A DNA stretch of 64,000 nucleotides, taken from assembly GCA_963817955.1 (NCBI GenBank), contig CAWFQK010000002.1, forward strand, positions 928,001-992,000, read 5' to 3'. This stretch comes from an uncultured Gemmatimonadaceae bacterium. GTDB taxonomy: Bacteria > Gemmatimonadota > Gemmatimonadetes > Gemmatimonadales > Gemmatimonadaceae. Both the position numbers and the translations under genes were made by a program. Positions 60,347 to 64,000 of this stretch are shown piece after piece. The notes below the pieces were generated by a model, which searched no databases, had not been told where the DNA came from, and worked only from the letters and a program-made list of their open reading frames with translations. How positions within the stretch are numbered: position 1 is the first letter of the stretch; every line of letters begins with the position of its first letter.

Positions 60347-61413
60347 CGGATCCCTCCATCGCGGCGGCACCTCACGGGTCGATAATGGAAATTGCTGGCC
60401 AGGAGATCGTTCGGACGTATGGCAACGTCCATGGCGAATACGAGGCATTGCATCGCGATGCGATCGTCATCGATCGCAGTCATCGCGGACGGCTGCGCTT
60501 CTTCGGGAAGACGTCGGGCGAAGCGCTCACCGGCCTCGTGACGAACGACGTGCTGGCCATGCAGCCCGGACACGGGCAGTACGGCGTGGCACTCTCCCCT
60601 AAGGGACGCATCACGGCGGATCTGCGCATCTTCGCCGGCGCTGAGTCGTATCTCGTCGACACGTCGCCGCGCGCATGGCCAGGCTGGTTGGCCATGGTGA
60701 AGAAGTACGTCAACCCTCGCATGTCGAGCTATCGTGACGAATCGCATACGCTGCGCGACATTGGCGTCTTTGGTGTGCAGGCGCAGCGCATCGTGGCGGA
60801 GATGACCGGGCTGAACCCCGATGCACTCGCGGCGCTCGTGCCATACGCCCACGTGGACACAACAATCGACGGTGTGCCGGTGACGATCGCCCGTTCTCCG
60901 GACATCGCGATAGGCGGATACGATCTGTTCGTCCCGTTCGACGCGTTCGACGCATTGTGGGATCGTGCGACGGCAGCCGGCGCCGCGCCCGCTGGGCTCG
61001 ACGTATGGGAGATCGCTCGCGTCGAGGCGGGACGTCCCGAATGGGGACTCGACATCGACGCAAACACGATTCCGCAGGAAGCAAACCTCGACGATCTCAA
61101 TGCGATCTCGTACACCAAGGGCTGCTACATCGGCCAGGAGGTCGTGGCGCGCGTGCACTTCCGCGGGCATGTCAATCGTCACTTGCGAGGCATTCGCGCC
61201 GCGAGTGTGGACGGTCCCCCCATGGACGCGCAGCTCATCGACGATTCCGGCAATCACGTGGGCGACGTGCGTAGTTCGGTGCAGTCACCCCGACTCGGCG
61301 GAATTGCGCTCGCCATGGTGAGGCGGGAAATCACGCCGGGAATGAGCCTCAACGCAAAGTGGGAGCAGGGCGAGCGCCGAGTGGACGTCGTCACGCTGCC
61401 CTTCCCCGCATAG
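60343..61413 (+). CDS. ygfZ: Folate-binding YgfZ/GcvT family protein
   Basis: LTGLVTND, ISYTKGCYIGQEVVAR signature. Confidence 0.9.
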   Translation: MTDPSIAAAPHGSIMEIAGQEIVRTYGNVHGEYEALHRDAIVIDRSHRGRLRFFGKTSGEALTGLVTNDVLAMQPGHGQYGVALSPKGRITADLRIFAGAESYLVDTSPRAWPGWLAMVKKYVNPRMSSYRDESHTLRDIGVFGVQAQRIVAEMTGLNPDALAALVPYAHVDTTIDGVPVTIARSPDIAIGGYDLFVPFDAFDALWDRATAAGAAPAGLDVWEIARVEAGRPEWGLDIDANTIPQEANLDDLNAISYTKGCYIGQEVVARVHFRGHVNRHLRGIRAASVDGPPMDAQLIDDSGNHVGDVRSSVQSPRLGGIALAMVRREITPGMSLNAKWEQGERRVDVVTLPFPA

Positions 61414-61414
61414 A

Positions 61415-62425
61415 GTGCCGCGCGCCCTCGTCACTGGCGCCACCGGGCTCGTTGGATCCCACGTCTGTGACCGTCTGCGGCGAGACGGATGGGCAGTTCG
61501 CGCGCTCGTCCGCGGCCCGTCGCCGTACCTGGAGTCTCTCGGTGTGGAGCTCACGCGCGGCGACGTACTGGATGCGGAAGGGTTTGCACGAGTAGCGTCA
61601 GGTGTAGACGTCATCTTCCACAATGCGGCGGCTGTAACGCCACGCGGCGGCTGGGAGGCATATCGGCGGCTCAACGTGGACGGCACGCGCAATGCCGTCG
61701 AGGCCGCGGCACAATCCTCGGCGCGCCTGGTCCAGTTGAGCAGTGTCGCGGTGTACGGACCCACGGGCCGATATCGCGCGCCGGGCGAGAAGACCGGGGA
61801 AGACACGCCACTCGGTCCTCTGCCCGAGACGGCCTATTACGCACGGTCGAAGCGCGAGTCGGAGCAGGTTGTGCTCGACGCGCACCGTGCGGGACGGATC
61901 TGGGCCACCGCGCTACGCCCCGATGTCATCTATGGTCCGCGCGATCGTCAGTTCATTCCGCGCATCGCGCGCTTTCTCGAGCTCGGATTTGCGCCCTTGA
62001 TCGCCGGAGGCCAATCGACGCTGGCGATCGTCCACGCCGCGAACGTGGCCGACGCTGTGGTTCGCGCCGCCACGCATGACGGCGCCGGCGGACGCGTATA
62101 CAACGTGGCCAACGACTTCGACCTCACGGTGCGGCAATTCCTGACGTTGGCCGCCGAGGGGCTCGACCGACGCGTACGGCTGGTGGGCATTCCGTATTCC
62201 GTGGCGAAGGTCGCCTTCGCGATCGTGATGGGGGCGAGCAAGTATCTCACCGGTGGTCGCCTGAGCGTGGTGACCAACGTGTCGCTCGACATTCTGACCC
62301 AAGACAATCCCTTCACGTCGGACCGCGCGCGCCGGGAGCTGGGCTGGAATCCTCCGATGCGGCCGGAGCAGGGCGTGCCCGAGGCCTTCCGTTGGTGGCT
62401 GACGCATCACCGGGTACGCTCATGA
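61415..62425 (+). CDS. NAD-dependent epimerase/dehydratase (extended SDR)
   Basis: VTGATGLVG, SSVAVYG, YARSK, RPDVIYGPRD. Confidence 0.9.
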   Translation: MPRALVTGATGLVGSHVCDRLRRDGWAVRALVRGPSPYLESLGVELTRGDVLDAEGFARVASGVDVIFHNAAAVTPRGGWEAYRRLNVDGTRNAVEAAAQSSARLVQLSSVAVYGPTGRYRAPGEKTGEDTPLGPLPETAYYARSKRESEQVVLDAHRAGRIWATALRPDVIYGPRDRQFIPRIARFLELGFAPLIAGGQSTLAIVHAANVADAVVRAATHDGAGGRVYNVANDFDLTVRQFLTLAAEGLDRRVRLVGIPYSVAKVAFAIVMGASKYLTGGRLSVVTNVSLDILTQDNPFTSDRARRELGWNPPMRPEQGVPEAFRWWLTHHRVRS

Positions 62426-62466
62426 GAGTTGCTTTATTAGCGAACGAGCTGACTTGCGGGTAGCAA

Positions 62467-62498
62467 AAAGAGGGCGCGACAACAGTCGCGCCCTCTTT
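62467..62498. terminator. Bidirectional terminator-like hairpin
   Basis: AAAGAGGGCGCGAC-AACA-GTCGCGCCCTCTTT between convergent genes. Confidence 0.8.
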
Positions 62499-62517
62499 CA
62501 AACCGGAGAAACCGTGA

Positions 62518-62754
62518 TTACGGCTTCTTTGCGGCGGGCTTCTTCGCGCCCTTTTCGGCAGCCTTGGTCGTGTCAACCTTGGCGGTCGTGTCCATCTTCT
62601 TGGTGGTGTCCATCTTCATACCGGTATCCATCGCGGCCGGGGCCGGAGCGGGCGACGGAGCCATCGCCGGGGCGGCGGTGTCCTTCGCTGCGTTTTCCGA
62701 CTTCGAGCAAGCGGTGAGCGCGAGAATAGCGGCAACGTAAGCCAGGCGCTTCAT
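62518..62754 (-). CDS. Small low-complexity lipoprotein
   Basis: MKRLAYVAAILALTAC lipobox, AGGAG RBS, Pro/Ala linker, (M/V)DT repeats, Lys-rich tail. Confidence 0.8.
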   Translation of the reverse strand: MKRLAYVAAILALTACSKSENAAKDTAAPAMAPSPAPAPAAMDTGMKMDTTKKMDTTAKVDTTKAAEKGAKKPAAKKP

Positions 62755-62838
62755 GACATTCTCCTGAAGAGTAGGTCGAGTGGATCTTCCGCGTGGTTCG
62801 TGCACGCGATTCTAGGCGCTCGGGAGGGAGCGGCGTGT

Positions 62839-62866
62839 AAATTACGGAACTCAGGGAGCGTGTCAA
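62839..62866 (-). promoter_or_regulatory. Possible sigma70 promoter TTGACA-N16-TAATTT for the small lipoprotein
   Basis: Perfect -35 on the minus strand at 62861-62866. Confidence 0.45.
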
Positions 62867-62907
62867 GGCCAAGCACGCTTCGCAACCCGCGCGACGGAGT
62901 CTGCTCC

Positions 62908-64000
62908 ATGGCCGATACCGCGGCCCACTTCCCAGAAAACATCGGCCCGCATGTGGTGCGCGGCGCCTGCCCGCACGACTGCCCCGACACGTGCGCCATG
63001 CTTGTCACGGTGGAATCGGGTCGGGCTCTGCGCGTCGCGGGCGACCCGAATCATCCGTTCACGCGCGGATTCCTCTGCGCCAAGGTCAATCGGTACGTCG
63101 AGCGCACCTATCACCCCGATCGGCTGCTCTACCCACAACGCCGCATTGGTCCCAAAGGCGCCGGACGCTTCGAGCGTATTACGTGGGCCGAGGCTCTCGA
63201 CGAGATCGCGCTGCGGCTCAACGACATACGCCAGTCACCGGAAGGCCCGCAAGCCATTCTCCCATATTCGTATGCGGGTACGGCGGGAATGATTCAGGGC
63301 TCGTCAATGGACCGTAGGTTTTTTCACCACATCGGCGCATCGCTCCTCGATCGTACCATCTGCGCAATGGCAGGCACAGTCGGCATGCGGATGACAGTGG
63401 GGGCCAACGCCGGGGCCGATCCTGAAGGGATTCCGGCGAGCGATCTTGTGCTCCTGTGGGGCACGAACACGCTCACCGCCAATCCCCACCTCTGGCCGTT
63501 CGTCCTCGAGGCACGCGAGCGGGGCGCGCGCATCATCGCCATCGATCCCATTCGAACACGGACCGCGGCGCAGTGCGACGACTGGATTGGCATCCGCCCG
63601 GGCACCGATGCTGCCCTGGCGCTCGGCATGATGCACGTCATGCTGGAGCGCGGCCTCCAGGACGACGAATACATCGCGGCGCATACGATCGGCATGGAAC
63701 AGCTTCGCGGACGGGTGGCAGAGTATCCGCCTGATCGGGTGAGCCAGATCTGCGGGATCCCGATCGAGAAGATCGTGGAGCTTGGAGAGCGGTATGGCCA
63801 TGCGCAGGCCGCATTCATTCGCGTGAACTATGGGCTGCAGCGCCATGCCGGCGGCGGCATGGCCGTACGTACGATCGCCACCCTACCCGCCCTCGCGGGA
63901 CATTGGCGACGCGTGGGCGGCGGCATCCAACTGTCGTCGAGCGCAAACTTCCAGTTCGACAAACGCGCGCTCGAGCGTCCCGACCTGTCGCCGCCCGCAC
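62908..64000 (+). CDS. Molybdopterin oxidoreductase family protein (runs off the window)
   Basis: Own translation from ATG 62908: ACPHDCPDTC...GFLCAKVNRY, RLLYP, WGTN, IDP, IRPGTDAALA; absent from the ORF track, presumably because it has no stop in the window. Confidence 0.92.
   Translation, partial: MADTAAHFPENIGPHVVRGACPHDCPDTCAMLVTVESGRALRVAGDPNHPFTRGFLCAKVNRYVERTYHPDRLLYPQRRIGPKGAGRFERITWAEALDEIALRLNDIRQSPEGPQAILPYSYAGTAGMIQGSSMDRRFFHHIGASLLDRTICAMAGTVGMRMTVGANAGADPEGIPASDLVLLWGTNTLTANPHLWPFVLEARERGARIIAIDPIRTRTAAQCDDWIGIRPGTDAALALGMMHVMLERGLQDDEYIAAHTIGMEQLRGRVAEYPPDRVSQICGIPIEKIVELGERYGHAQAAFIRVNYGLQRHAGGGMAVRTIATLPALAGHWRRVGGGIQLSSSANFQFDKRALERPDLSPPA

Overview
GC-rich bacterial chromosomal window. 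Gene content, gene order and repeat types resemble Gemmatimonadota (inference, no marker gene checked). Most of it is housekeeping: yebC-ruvC-ruvA; a long minus-strand operon ruvB-queA-tgt-yajC-def-fmt-rsmB-PASTA-rpe-tlpA-ybbR-tsaD-lgt; tamA/tamB; aroB; a sigma-70 family factor; glcDEF; ygfZ. It also holds a Rieske/cytochrome b-c/cytochrome c operon divergent from an NtrC-type two-component system, two hybrid histidine kinases, a GH18-deacetylase-GT2 fusion and a class II Fic gene. The most unusual signal is non-coding. Two diverged copies (3275-3625 and 8422-8797) of a ~350-375 bp element have inverted arms built from a GAACTGCA satellite around a conserved ~155-nt core with hairpin potential. 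Each copy is joined to a GTCATCCTGAGC REP-like cluster, but on opposite sides. A third, different large inverted-repeat element (42619-42965) encloses the same REP motif. ruvC, yajC and tgt each carry a single-base frameshift in a short homopolymer, probably assembly errors. No rRNA, tRNA, CRISPR array, transposase or integrase was recognised.
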